From contig CM068761.1 of NCBI GenBank assembly GCA_035084275.1, positions 806,001-870,000 on the forward strand: a stretch of DNA of 64,000 nucleotides, given 5' to 3'. The notes under the pieces were generated by a model, which was not told the DNA's origin, did no database searches, and saw nothing but the letters and a program-made list of their open reading frames with translations. Made by a program: the position numbers and the translations under genes. Shown here in pieces: positions 1-11,965 of this stretch (positions are counted from its first letter, which is position 1; each line of letters starts with the position of its first letter). The stretch comes from Hydrolagus colliei. Lineage: Eukaryota.

Positions 1-1269
1 TCAGTGAGAGCTGAGTGACTCTCCATAGGGTTATTCCTCAGCTTGACACCACCGTGCAAATCAACGTGTCGCTTGTCATTGAGCCCCTTCTCTCAGCCTG
101 GTTCTCTGGGCCAGCACAACTTCAGCTCTGTCACAGAATCTCACCTGTTAACCTGACAGCCTGAGAATTCATCAAATGTCTGAGGCTGGGACTGCAAGAA
201 AACTGCCCCTCGCCCCCCCACCCCCCCCACCACACCACCTCCCCCGCAGCTCTGTGAAACCAAGGCCCTCTCAGCCACCTCTTCCTCCTCTTAGCTGTTT
301 CCTGTTCTAGTTTGACTCCTCTCTGCTTTCTTTCGCTCCTGCCCCCTGGACACATGCCTGCACATTCTTTGATTGACTGGATTTCATTTTATCAGTAACG
401 TGTCTTGTCAGAAAAGCCTCCGGAGTTGTATCTGAAATAGATATTGTCTTTTCAGAGCGCACGGCCTTCATGACTAAGGCATAACATATCAATTTTACAT
501 GGCTACTGGGACTGTTTGGATTAGGCAATTTAAGCCCCTAGGTACTGTTACAATGTCCCTGATGTGCTATTTTCAGCAACCCGGGGGGAACATCACGCAG
601 TATCCATTCTGCTAAATCAAAGCACAAACAAGCCTTGCAAAAAATATACAAGGTGTCTCTTAGTACAGCACTCGCATTGAGGGAACGCAGTCACCACAAT
701 AAACCTCAAAAGCAGAGAACAACAGGCCCTGTCGCCCTCGTCACTTGCCGCTCTGCTCAGGACTGGCGTGTGCTGTAGTGCGACTGAGGTGTTCAGATTT
801 GTGAATTTCTTTGGCCTTTTCATTGCCTGCCAGCACATTCTCTAACTCCCCGGTGAAAACCTTTAATGGACTGCAGTCAGCGCAGTATTTGTTGCTTGGG
901 TGAATTCAGCAGTACTTTAATAATCTTAGCGTGAGACTGCAGGCAGGAGACGGAAGCAAGGGAAATCTAAAACACAGGCCTTGCCTTGTGGGTATCAGCC
1001 CACTAAATACCATAATGGGCCTCTTTATTTGGCTCTTTCATTTTGCAGCTTACTCTGTCACAAGTTAATCTCCAAATCTCACCAAGGTGATTCGGAAACT
1101 AAATCAGCATATTTCTCTCCTCCCGACTCAATTAAAGTAGTTTTTTGTTTGTTGTCGTCCATTTGTATTGCCTTCGGCTGATTGGCCTTCAGATCTGAAA
1201 CTGCTCTGCTCCCCTCCCCTCTCCGTGTCACTAGGTGATCGAGTGACAGTTCTTTTTCCGAGTATCCCA

Positions 1270-1410
1270 CGCCACGTGTTATCAGGGCAGTGTCGCAACT
1301 GAGCCCGATCATCATGCCAACCACACGTCAATAGATATCAGTTAGGAGTGGGAACCCTGGCTGCTATACCTGTTTTAGCCTTGCACCCGACATCAAAGTC
1401 ACCATTGACA
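1270..1410 (-). mobile_element. LF-SINE-like ancient SINE relic
   Basis: Contains GGAGTGGGAACCCTGGCTG and CTGAGCCCGATC, which match (from memory) the reverse complement of the LF-SINE body; highly diverged, boundaries approximate. Confidence 0.5.
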
Positions 1411-2487
1411 AACATACAATTAAATGAAGATTTTCTTGATCCGGATGATTTAGTGCCATTACACCTCTCAGCCGATTACCCCCTCAGCCACTAGAGCAAC
1501 AACAACACACAGTGTTCTCCCCAAATGGCAGAAGCAGCCCCAGTAGAAATGGGGCCTTTTCTGGTTGGACAGCGAAGGCTCCCGCCCAATTGTTTTTCCT
1601 TGGCAGCAAAGTTCAGAGTGAAATAAATTGACAGCTTTGCTATCATTAAGTATGTGAAACTAAGTACTGTACTGTGTGCTGGAGGGGGGTGGAGGAGTAC
1701 AGCTGTTGCGTATCACTTGGCTATCGCCACCTTGAACAGAAAATTATCAGTTACAAAGCTTGCTAGTTACACACTTGTGAAGTACTGTACATTTATACAG
1801 CCCACTCATTAATTGTAGGATTATTGAACAGCCAACCAAAAGAGCTACAGTTAACACCAAGCTTCTTCAGCTTTGTTGAACTTCAAGTGCTTCTTTTGTT
1901 CATCTGCAGATACTGTACAGTAGATTTTTTTTTCAAGTTTGATAGATGTTTTCATATTCTGTTTGGCCTGAAGTATTGTGTCTATCTCTCCACCTCGTTT
2001 GACAGAATTGATACCTACATGTGGGGAATGAGTGGTAAAGGGGATTATTATTTTATTTTTTCCAAACACGGGAAACATGAAATCTGCACGAGATTGCCTG
2101 TTGTGAGGCTTACCTTGAAAAGCTGTTTGAAAGCGTGGGATGGACGGGATGTGAGTTTGTGTTTGTTGGTTTCATCAGATTAAAAGCTCTGAAGCCAAGG
2201 ACACAGACCCATAGAGTGGATTGGCCCGACATACCACCACTGGAATGCCAGAGATTGATACCACCTTTGAACACTCCTGTCAATGTCTCCCCACTGTGCA
2301 TTCTTGCAATTCAGCCTTTCCACTTCTTTTGTGATGGGATGAGCTGCTTGTTTATGCGCGCTCTATCTCTACAGCTTGAGTTGGAATCTCCCTATTTGGC
2401 TGACGTTTGGTTTGGCTTTATCTGTAGTCCCCATGCTCTAACTCTAAACAAAGAGCGAACATTGTACTCATTGTAGATGCATGTGTA

Positions 2488-2505
2488 ATATATATATATA
2501 TATAT
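2488..2505. repeat. (TA)n microsatellite
   Basis: Visible TA run next to a SINE tail. Confidence 0.9.
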
Positions 2506-2520
2506 AATTTTATTATATAC

Positions 2521-2622
2521 AATGATAATAATCCTTGCATTTGATATAGGGCTTTTGACTTCTTCAGGACGGTGTCTCAAAGCGCTTCACAGAATATAAA
2601 GTGAATTGACTGTATATTTGTG
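2521..2622 (-). mobile_element. tRNA-SINE family, 3' fragment
   Basis: Reverse complement of the family tail (..GTGAAGCGCTTTGAGAC..TATATCAAATGCAAGGATTATTAT), matching the full copy at 44825-45144. Confidence 0.9.
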
Positions 2623-5068
2623 TACATGAAGCCTATTACCCATCCTGTAACTAGGCCACTGCCCAATACAATTTCACGCTGTGGAATTCAGTAATAAATA
2701 CCAGAGATATGGCCTGCACAGGCTCTGGTCTGTGCTAACAGGTGGCAATAGACTTCTACATTCACCCTCCGTATCTCTAGGCTTCGGGTGGCACTGTCTT
2801 CAAGTCATTCCTGGTAACACATGCAAAATCTGTCAGCACGCTAGGCCTCATCGTGTACCTCCCCCCACAGCTCAGTAGCCTGCCCACTCTCCCCCTGCCG
2901 AGCAGTGTGTTGTTTGCTGACGGCTGCTCCTGGAACCCCATTGTCAAAGGAGGAGTTTTTTTTTAATGATCTGTTTACCACCTGATCATCTTGCGATTGA
3001 ATGAACTGCTGATGAGCAACTGGCAATTTCTTTGTGATTTCCGTAGGAGGTAACCTTCCCTCCAGCTGTAACATCACACAATCACCAGAGTCTTCAATAA
3101 CTCCATCCTTTGTTTAGTGTATGGTGACCAGAAATCATTCCTTTTGTCTCAACGCAGTCTTTCTGTATAACTGTGTCTGCAAAGTATAACCTCGTCTATT
3201 ACCACAATTAGACTTTAGCACTGTGTGTCGGGGAGACTTATCCTCTATCAAAATTACTTTGCCTTTCTTGGTTTGTCTCACTTTCCGCTTTAATTATATA
3301 TAATCCAAAGCAACATCAAGCCGAGGCTGAAGTTAATGTATAATTTTTTTAAAAACGCACAATGGCAATTTTGAATTATAGGTGTAAAGAATTAATATCG
3401 GGAGCGTTTTGTCAAAACTACAGCAGTCAAATCCCAGGCAACTTTTTTTTTCTGTTGAATTCCATTCATGGTAAATTATGGTAATTTGGTCCTAATGGAA
3501 TTTTAAGGTAGACAGCAGTAGAACAAGTACAATTATAGCGCTGCTCTGTGCACTGTAATTTACCAACGACTCTTTAGCGATGAAAGGAATTCAGCTGCCA
3601 CTGCCTTAGGACTTGAAATGAAGGAAAAAACACAAACATTTATCAGATGAAAGCACATGATCGTTTAACATGACAATTTGCATGTTCATGGATCAAATAC
3701 AGCTTTCACATTCCCGTTTACCCTGTGGACAGAAGTACTTTATAGTCATAAAAGCAGATTAGTTTGCCTCTATGTTTTGCCTTGAAACAATGTCCGCATT
3801 GTTTGCCTGTTGCGTAACCGTCAGTGGTCAGATGGAAGTATATGTTAACAGTGACCGTGTTATGGAGTTGGACTGGATTTGGGCGAGTGCTAGATCACTG
3901 GGAAGGTGATGTACCAGATCAAGGTGACTGTATGGTGTGTCTTCGAAGAATTTGTGCTGCGCAGACTTTTAAGAGGAAAGTTATTTGCCATAAAGAAAGC
4001 TTTGGTTGCATTTTTTTAAAAAACTCCCCTGGGGATGTCAGTGACAACGGCAGTGTCAGCATGTATTCTGAGCATGTGACGGTGGTGAAGGCTTCTCTTT
4101 AAGCAGTGGTAGCCCTTGCGCAATGGTGGATGGAAATCTGGTTAGTGGTGGTGGTAAACACCAGGAGGAAATGGAACCTTTTGTGAACTGTTCAAGTCTG
4201 CGCAGTTTATAGCCCAGTGGGAGTGTGCCAGACAGCTCTGCCCACCACAGCCTCTCAATGTGAATGGAACGCTTGTCTTGGTTTATGTAACTCTTGTGGG
4301 TCAGCATCGGACCCTCTCGCGCAGCCTGAGGCTGGAGGAAGACGCCAGGTGAAGTTCCCTACCTTCGGTGAAGTGCTTGCTCCAGGACACCACACGGCGC
4401 GAGGTAAGTTGTTGTTGTTGTGTAATCTCAGCAGAACATTGTAACCCTGGCCTGTTTGTTTGGCAACCATTCCACCATCTTGGTGAAACTGTCAGTATTG
4501 TGCTACAGGCTGGCAAAGCCCACTCTGGTATAGAGAGCAAGTACGTGTGGGCTGGGTTTGAACTCAGATGGCAGAGCTGCCTCCCAATTCCCTGTCTGTC
4601 AGTACAGTTTACACTCCTGACCTGACCTAACGCAACGCACCTTCTATATGCAATGTGCTAGGTTTCCACCCCGTCGAGAGCGGCTCCTGTTTCTACAGCG
4701 GTTAGATCTGAGCAGGAACCACTCGTGATTTGTGTACCGTTGATCTTTACTGGGATCAGAGGGTGAGGGAACTTGACCTCAACACACACTGTTCACACTA
4801 CCCTGAGAGATCCCTCGTGTGATGCAGAAGCAATTCATACCATCCCAAATAAAATCGTCTTTCATCGAACGAATAAAACGCCGTCCTCTTCACACAAAAA
4901 ATTGGGGTTTGTGAACCACGATAAAATTTGCGTTTATATAGGACTCCTTACGCCAGAGACAGCATCTCGGGGGCATTTAAACATCAGAGCTGGTTTGCGT
5001 TAGTGAGAATATATGGAGTGATCTTAATGGGGCTTTGATAGAGTTTTACATTTGGTGTAAACTAGGCT

Positions 5069-5205
5069 TAATAATGATAATAATCCTTGCATTTGATATA
5101 GCGCTTTTCACATCTTATCAACATCTCAAAGCGCTTCACATAATACATTGTGAAGTAAAGTGAATTGCCTTTATATTTGTGGGCGAAACGCGGCAGCCAA
5201 TTGAC
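5069..5205 (-). mobile_element. tRNA-SINE family, 3' half
   Basis: Close match to the 3' part of copy 14858-15181, including the CAATTGGCTGCCGCGTTTCGCCCACAAA core. Confidence 0.92.
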
Positions 5206-5784
5206 GCAGATAGAGATTAAGATTGCATTTGCTAAGAATATGACACAGATAACTAGCAGTGAGCACACATACTGCCTTTTCCTCTTTTTTTTGAGTCTTG
5301 TGTTCTAATCCCAGCAGAAGTTGTTTCATGTCATGCCTCTCTCACTTAGGAAAACATGTCCTTATTAGCCCTGAAAGGCGAAATTGGCCAGTGCCTGTGT
5401 GCAGGCATGCAGAGTTCATTTCAACTGTCTTCTTTGATTACACCATTTCAAATTCTCCCTTCTGACACGTTTAGCTGCCCTGTTAGTTTGCGGAGTCTCT
5501 GGGGGATTTCACAGTTGTTATCTGAGAGCGTTTTAGCTTTCCTCTAATCACTGAAACAACCTGTCTCATAGCCCTCCATCAGCTCTCGGTATCTGGCTGC
5601 TGCTGCAGGGATCTCTGGGTAAGATGTCGCAATTCCCCCCCCCCCTCACCTCCCCCCCCCCCCCCCCCCCCCCCCCAACCACCACCACCAAACACGTTTC
5701 AAACTACAATGGCAGCCAAGACTTTCCCTCACAACACTGGTGTCCTGGGAGCTGCCTGATGCCAAGAGGTTGGGCATTTTGTGG

Positions 5785-5900
5785 TAGTGAGCTGTACAGA
5801 CGAGAAGGGAGAAGGTCACAGGTCCTGGTTGGTGATGGGTTAGCGGACCCCAGCTGAGGGGCTACTCTCCTCTGAGGCCCTGGTGTAAAAGGCGTCTCTA
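5785..5900 (+). mobile_element. LF-SINE-like relic (5' part)
   Basis: GAGCTGTACAGAC..AAGGTCACAGGT..GTTAGCGGACCCCAGC resembles the reverse complement of 53600-53670 and the recalled LF-SINE head. Confidence 0.45.
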
Positions 5901-5976
5901 TCCCGGCTGATTAACCGCCAGCCCCCAAGCAGGCAGAGAGTCAGGCGGGTGTGCGGGGTGTGCAGTTTTTTTGTTT

Positions 5977-6205
5977 TGTGCAATTGGCTGCTGGATTTCA
6001 CCCACAAAGTACACAGTCACTCCACCCAGCGCCTTGGGACTTCTTCCCGACGTGAAAGGCGCTCAATAAATGTCATTTTGTTGTGGTTGTTTTTCAGTAA
6101 ATATCAAATGCAAGGATTATTATTTTCATCGTCCAGTGAAGCACTTTGGGTTGTCTCGATGATGTGATCAGGCGCTACATCAAATGCAAGATTGTTCATT
6201 ATTAT
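5977..6205 (+). mobile_element. Cluster: tRNA-SINE 3' part with an embedded L2 3' tail, plus a second SINE tail
   Basis: SINE core GTGCAATTGGCTGC, then GCCTTGGGACTTCTTCCCGACGTGAAAGGCGC..(GTT)n (L2 tail), then TATCAAATGCAAGGATTATT; a second tail at ~6135-6205. Confidence 0.8.
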
Positions 6206-6987
6206 TAATATTGCAGTTGGAAGAGGAAAATGCAGCATGCTGGAGTGAGTGAGTGAGTGAGTGAGTGACTCCCTCCCTCCCTCCCTCCAGTGAAGGATTG
6301 AAGGTTAAAACACTACAGTTCAAAGCTAATGTTGCCAAAGCAGAGTGTAAAGGAACAAAGCTTTTGGCAGGTGCTGTGGCAATTGTTCAGTTGTTTCTCC
6401 TTTTGCACTCCTGTGGAACATATCGTTGGGAATTGAGCTAAATTAACCCCTCAATCCATCTGTCATTAGGCTGCAAGATGAAAGATTATGTGTTGAGGCT
6501 TGTAATTTATCTGCCAGGTGAGACTGTTCAATTTACTATGAAAATAACTATTACTGATAACTATTCATCCCTGGGGCCAGCAGCAGAGATTACAAGGTGT
6601 AATAGGCACTGAGGTACAAAATGGCTGTGTTAAAGTGAAATGCATCAGCTTGAAGAATGATGGAAGACTAAGCATGCAATTTTCAATTTATAATTGCAAA
6701 ACAAAAATAATATGCGTCTCCCAAAGCAAGCTCATTTGTTACACTTCACCGGAACACACAATTAAAAGAAATAATATTGATATTAATTTATATTAAATGG
6801 GTTTCACAGTTGCCCTCCCAGTCTCTCAGTGGTCTGGTTCATTTCTCGTTTGGCTAAATGTGGGGGGGGAGGTATTTAGGTTAAATTAGCCAGTCAGTTA
6901 TCCTTCCACCATCAGCACTGCGCTGGTCACTAGGGCTCACAGATGTAGATGTAAAATGTAGATTTACATGTTGTTGGGTGGCATCAG

Positions 6988-7062
6988 ATGCCTTGGAACG
7001 TCCTCCCGACTTAAAAGGTGCTATACAAGTATCATTTGTTTTTTTGTTGTTGGTGGTGGTTT
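6988..7062 (+). mobile_element. L2 LINE 3' tail fragment
   Basis: GCCTTGGAACGTCCTCCCGAC..AAAGGTGCTATA..(GTT)n, the same as the tail of the L2 at 11966. Confidence 0.8.
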
Positions 7063-7696
7063 GTCTGCAGTTAGTACGATTCTCCTGAACAAGGATATTG
7101 TTGTAATACTTTAAGACCCAGGATTCTTCCTCCCCTCCTCCCCCATCTCTCCCTCTCACTCCCTCTATTTTCTTTCCTCCCTCATTCCTCCACCTTTTCT
7201 CTCCTTTCTTCTCCATTTCAAGAGCTGAGGAACTAACAAAAAGGGCTTCAGTGCTTCAGTAACTCACCTAAGACTGATGATGAGCTAGTGATGGGTGGGA
7301 CTGGATACCCAGTGCTGGCATTTTCAGTCACTCCCTCCCAACCAGGGAACCTCACCTGAAGAGCCTGCAGGCAGCCGAGAGCTACTCTTTACTGCCAGAC
7401 CGTGAATCAGAAGTTCTGCTGCTCTAACAAGGTTATAGATGTTTGGACTGAATATCGAACCTGTAATTTAATATCGTCTTTAAATTACATCAGAAACCAC
7501 AGGAGCATAGTTGGAATAGTGTGTCATTTGAACTTTGAGGTTCAAATTTACAGGCTCTTAACTTGCTCAATACCATTTGTTTATTTTCAATCGTTATTCT
7601 TATTGTGGATAAAAAGCCAGAAAGGGATGTCTGAGTCCTTCCCCCCTTGTTATACTGTTTAGTTACCAGATACAACAAGATTGTACATGCAAGCGG

Positions 7697-7828
7697 CAAA
7701 ATACTACAGCTGGTGGAAATCTGAAATAAAAACAGAAGTTGCTGGGAACACTCAGCAGCTCAGGCAGCATCTATGGAGAGAGGAAAAGTGAGTCAACATT
7801 TCGGGTTGATGAGCTATCATCAGAACTG
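7697..7828 (-). mobile_element. Penelope-like terminal-repeat fragment with a degenerate hammerhead motif
   Basis: Reverse-complement homolog of 39783-39918; the minus strand reads AGTT-CTGATGA-..-CCC-GAAA-TGTT-GACT. Confidence 0.7.
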
Positions 7829-10589
7829 TAACAGGGCGTGCATTGTGAGGCATGCAAGGCAAATGGGGAGAGAAAAATGGTGTTCAAATCCTGGATTCAT
7901 ATTGGGTTGGTAGACATGGCAGATCCCACAAGCAAAAACCTGGGGAGGAGAGAGAGGCGGGAAGGCGGCACAGCTCCACCCAGCTCTCTATCAATCCTCT
8001 TCCAAGTCAAGGCAGTATTTTTTTGCGAGTGATGCTCTCCTGGAGTAAAATCTCGATGGAGAGACGAAGAGAAAGAGAGGGGAGTTGAGTGGTTCTCCAG
8101 TCTCAAGGTGGGGGTTGCTGGATTAAGCTGTTGAACCTTCTCCATCACTTGGAGCTGTCAAGGAGACATCAGTGCTCAGATCCTTGCCATGGGAAGACTT
8201 AAACTGCTGACTCTCCACCATCACCAACTACCCGTCCCATTTGAAGAAGGTTCTTTCACAGGACGTGCAGGAGGCTGTTGACTGGCACACATCCCCTGCA
8301 AGGAGATATTCAGTATCTCAACAGCAGAGACAAGAGGGCATGTGCTGCGATATCTGGCATGATTTGAGTAGCTCATCCTTGGTTGATGTTCTGAATGCCA
8401 CGTTGAAGGGGCCGTTGCAGCTGGTTTTTTGTGCAGCTGGCTTCACGGCTCATCAAACGCTGTCCCATGGGTGGTGTGGTGTCGGCCAGATTTGCGCAGA
8501 TGAAAGTCGGGCAATAAAATAATGGTTTCTCTTCAGATGGAAGGACGATAGATCCTCCAGTGGCCGTGTAGGCTGATGACAGAGTCTTGGCGAAGGAATG
8601 ACACATCTGGAGCTATCTGGAGAAGCGAGGACATATTGTCCCTCCAGTGAGGCAGAGGAAGGGATGGTAATCCTGTCAATTAATTGGACGAGCCATTGAA
8701 GCCCTTGGCATCTGGGTTTTTATGATCTGTTACTGGCTGATAGTTGTAACTCTAGCTGAAGTGATCCTGGTTGAAGGCTTCAGGTAACTGAAGCCATCGC
8801 TGCAGAATCCGCTCTTTTCACGTGGCATTGTAATGAAGTTATTTTGAATTTTGGAATAAATTACAGGAAAATTAGAGCCAATTACATCTAATCTGTTAAT
8901 GGCCCATCAAGTTGCCTCCTTATGTAGTCATTTTCTAACTTTCTGGTTTTATTACTTCCCACTCCGTCTCCTCTTTTTATTTCCAACTGTTTTTTCGCCA
9001 ATTTATCAACTCTTAATTCTCTCCTCTGCCGCAGACATTTGCCTTTTCTTTTCTCTCCTGTAACTGTGATATGGTCCCCCCGGCACCAACCGCTACCCCG
9101 GCTGAGACGAGGTAAGTTAGTGCCAGGCACGGATTGGGATTTCACCCTCTCTAACAAGTGCTGCTGTGACCAGTCTGCTACCTTTCCTGTTCTATTCCCA
9201 AAGTGAACATGACAAATCTCCACTTCAAAAGGCGTATTAACGTTTACGTAGGAAAAGGGCATTCTCTGCAGACAAGGAGATCTTTTGCTGGTATTGTCGC
9301 ACAAAATGGACCCATGAACAATGAACCAAGGTATAATTGGACTTTGTGGTCTCCCCACCCAGCCCCCAACAGAAATGGCCTCCTGCGATGTCCAGCCTTT
9401 TGTTTGCCAGTTCTCTAGCTGGGTTATTGGGACACTGGTGTTCCTTACACCGCAGAATAAAGATTAGCAGTGTTTAGGTGCCATATGCCTTCTCACGTCG
9501 GGTTCCCACGAGTCCTTTTATTTCCTTTTTGCACATATTCAGACATCAATTAAGTACACGTCTTAAAATAAATGAACGCCCGCCTGTGGGTAATTAACGG
9601 CATTCGGTTGCAGAATCTGTCAATGGGGTTTGAACGCGGAGCAAAAAAAATTGCTACCTTTGGCAACTGAGGGGTTTGTGTTTTGAAGGAGAAAAAAAAA
9701 TGTATATTTGCATCAGGCAAATGGTCCGCAAGTCAATTCTCCTTGAAGTACCGTTTGAAGCATCCGGGCTTGCAGTGTGAATTTTAATAAGCAACAATAT
9801 TCTCAGTTGTGTCCGCTCCCTTCACCAGAGCAGGGAGGTTGTGTTCAGGTTGCCTGGCTGTGTCTTGCCTACAGACAGCCAGCCAATCTGTTCAAAATTT
9901 CGCTTCTGAGGTTGCAATCCTGCTTTCTGCTTAATCACAGGAGCCAGATGGGACATGTATTAGGTTTCAAATCCCTAGAAAACATAATGGTTTTTGTTTT
10001 CATTTACAGTGCAAGTTATTACATTTTAATGCTACACCTTAGGGAGGGCCTTGCATCAATGGACCTACTTGAATAATGGTAGCTAACTGTTAGCACATGC
10101 TGGGGAGAAATGAAATTAGCAACCATGACAAGTTGCTGCTTTGCATACTGGCTCCTTCAAGTGCAGTTACTGGTGATTTAAGTCTCGTGCTTTGGGGGAT
10201 AATTTTAGTTCAGTATTAAAAGCATTTTCAGTCTGTTTGGTTTTTCATTAAGATGGCACATCTGTTCAGAAGTTTAGTCAAGTGATGTTTGATTCCACTT
10301 TCATCAGCTAATTTTAATTATTCACACCATTGGTGCTGTACCACGGTTCATCAACTTAAAAAGCCGTGACATTGCTTGTGGAACAATGATCTTTGAGCAG
10401 GGAATTAGTATAATTTACTTCCAACGAAGGTGCCCTGATGGCTGTTTCCAGAGCATCTTGTGCTGCGTTTGACAGACACAGAACAAAAGTCCTTTAATAT
10501 GGTGCTGGTAGGTATCCTCCAGCATTGTTAAAAAAAAATTCTAAAACAAAGAAATGATCTTACTGAGTAGTGATGCTAGAGCCACAGTT

Positions 10590-10784
10590 TAATAAACCCT
10601 CCAAAAAAAATAATGATTTGGTGATTCAATCCACCACTGGTTATGGGACACTTCTAATTGTGCGCAATTGGCTGCCGCCTTTCGCCAACAAAATATTACA
10701 GGGAATTCACTTTACAGTATATACTGCGAAGCGTTTTGAGACGTCTCGAAGACGTGATAAGGCGCTGTGTCAAATGCAAAGGAT
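10590..10784 (+). mobile_element. tRNA-SINE family, 5'-truncated, interrupted at its tail by a CR1 insertion
   Basis: Family core and tail up to CAAATGCAAAGGAT; the remaining TATTAT resumes at 11769. Confidence 0.9.
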
Positions 10785-11670
10785 CTACATCAATGATCTG
10801 GACTTGGGTGTACGGAGTACAGTTTCCAAGTTTGCAGATGACACTAAGTTAGGGAGAATAGTAAACAGTGAGGAGGATAGTAGCCATCTGCAAGAGGATA
10901 TAGACAAATTGGTAAAGTGGGCAGACACATGGCAGATGAAGTTTAATGCAGAGAAGTGTGAGGTGATGCATTTTGGGAGAAGAAATGAAGGGAGGCAATA
11001 TAGGCTAGATAGTACAATTTTAAATGGTGTGAAGGAACAGAGAGACCTGGGGATTTGTGTTAGTGACTCGTTGAAGGTGGCAGGACAGGTAGACAAGGCT
11101 GTTAAGAAGGCATATGGGATACTAGGCTTTATAAATAGGGGTATAGAGTACAAAAGTCAGGAAGTGCTGACTAACCTCTATAGGACTTTGGTGAGGCTTC
11201 AGCTGGAATACTGTGTTCAATTCTGGTCACCACACTACAGAAAGGATGTGAAGGCATTGGAAAGGGTACAACGAAGATTTACTAGGATGGTGCCAGGATT
11301 GAGGGACTTCAGCTATGAGGAGAGGCTAGATAGGCTAGGGTTATTCTCTCTGGAGCAGAGAAGATTGAGGGGAGACCTAATAGAGGTTTATAAGATCATG
11401 AGGGGTTTCGACAGGGCAAATAGAGAAAAACTATTTCCACTCGTGGGTGAATCTGTGACTCGTGGTCACAGATTTAAAATAGTTTCAAGGCGCAGTAGAG
11501 GGGAGCTGAGGAGAAATTTTTTCACTCAGCGAGTTGTTCGAATCTGGAATGCATTGCCTGAAAAGGTGGTGGAGGCTGATTCGATAACAACTTTTAAAAG
11601 GGAATTAGATCTTTATTTAGGAAGAACGGGTCTATTAGGCTATGGGGAGCGGGCAGGGCAATGGGATTGA
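10783..11670 (+). pseudogene. CR1 ORF2 reverse transcriptase, C-terminal fragment (part of the 366-aa ORF 10570-11670)
   Basis: IYINDLD..SKFADDTKL catalytic motif, WQMKFNAEKCEVMHFG, LEYCVQFWSP, LEQRRLRGDLIEVYKI, FFTQRVVRIWNALP are typical CR1 motifs; endonuclease and RT N-terminus absent. Confidence 0.95.
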
Positions 11671-11768
11671 ATCGCTCTTTTCAAAGAGCCGGCACAGACT
11701 AGATGGGCCGAATGGCCTCCTTTTGTGCCGTAAAATTCTATGATTCTATGATTCTATGATTCTATGAT
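10783..11768 (+). mobile_element. CR1 (L3) LINE, 5'-truncated, young copy
   Basis: Open RT C-terminal frame, 3' UTR (..GATGGGCCGAATGGCCTCC..) and a CR1-type 8-bp tail (ATTCTATG)x4 at 11735-11766. Confidence 0.96.
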
Positions 11769-11965
11769 TATTATATTAGAATGTGCATTAATAGTGGGGT
11801 GAATATGGCTGTAATGCCCCCTGATATCAAAAATGCCCGTTCATGTGAAATATGATCACAGTAGTGCTAGTCAGCCCCTTTGGGAGAAACGTGGATAACA
11901 TTTTTAAAAACAACTCGGCAGCACTTTGCAGAGAAAGTAACTATTCACGACTTGAAGTGTAATTG

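Noticed and set aside
7270-7300. CTGATGA motif as another hammerhead or C/D box
   Set aside because: No downstream stem II plus GAAA and no terminal stem.
8050-8800. GC-balanced stretch that looked like a decayed retroelement ORF
   Set aside because: No RT, endonuclease, gag or integrase motif could be read in the frames examined.
11735-11766. Short tandem repeats as a CRISPR-like array
   Set aside because: These are 8-bp units without spacers, i.e. the CR1 tail; the sequence is eukaryotic with no cas genes.
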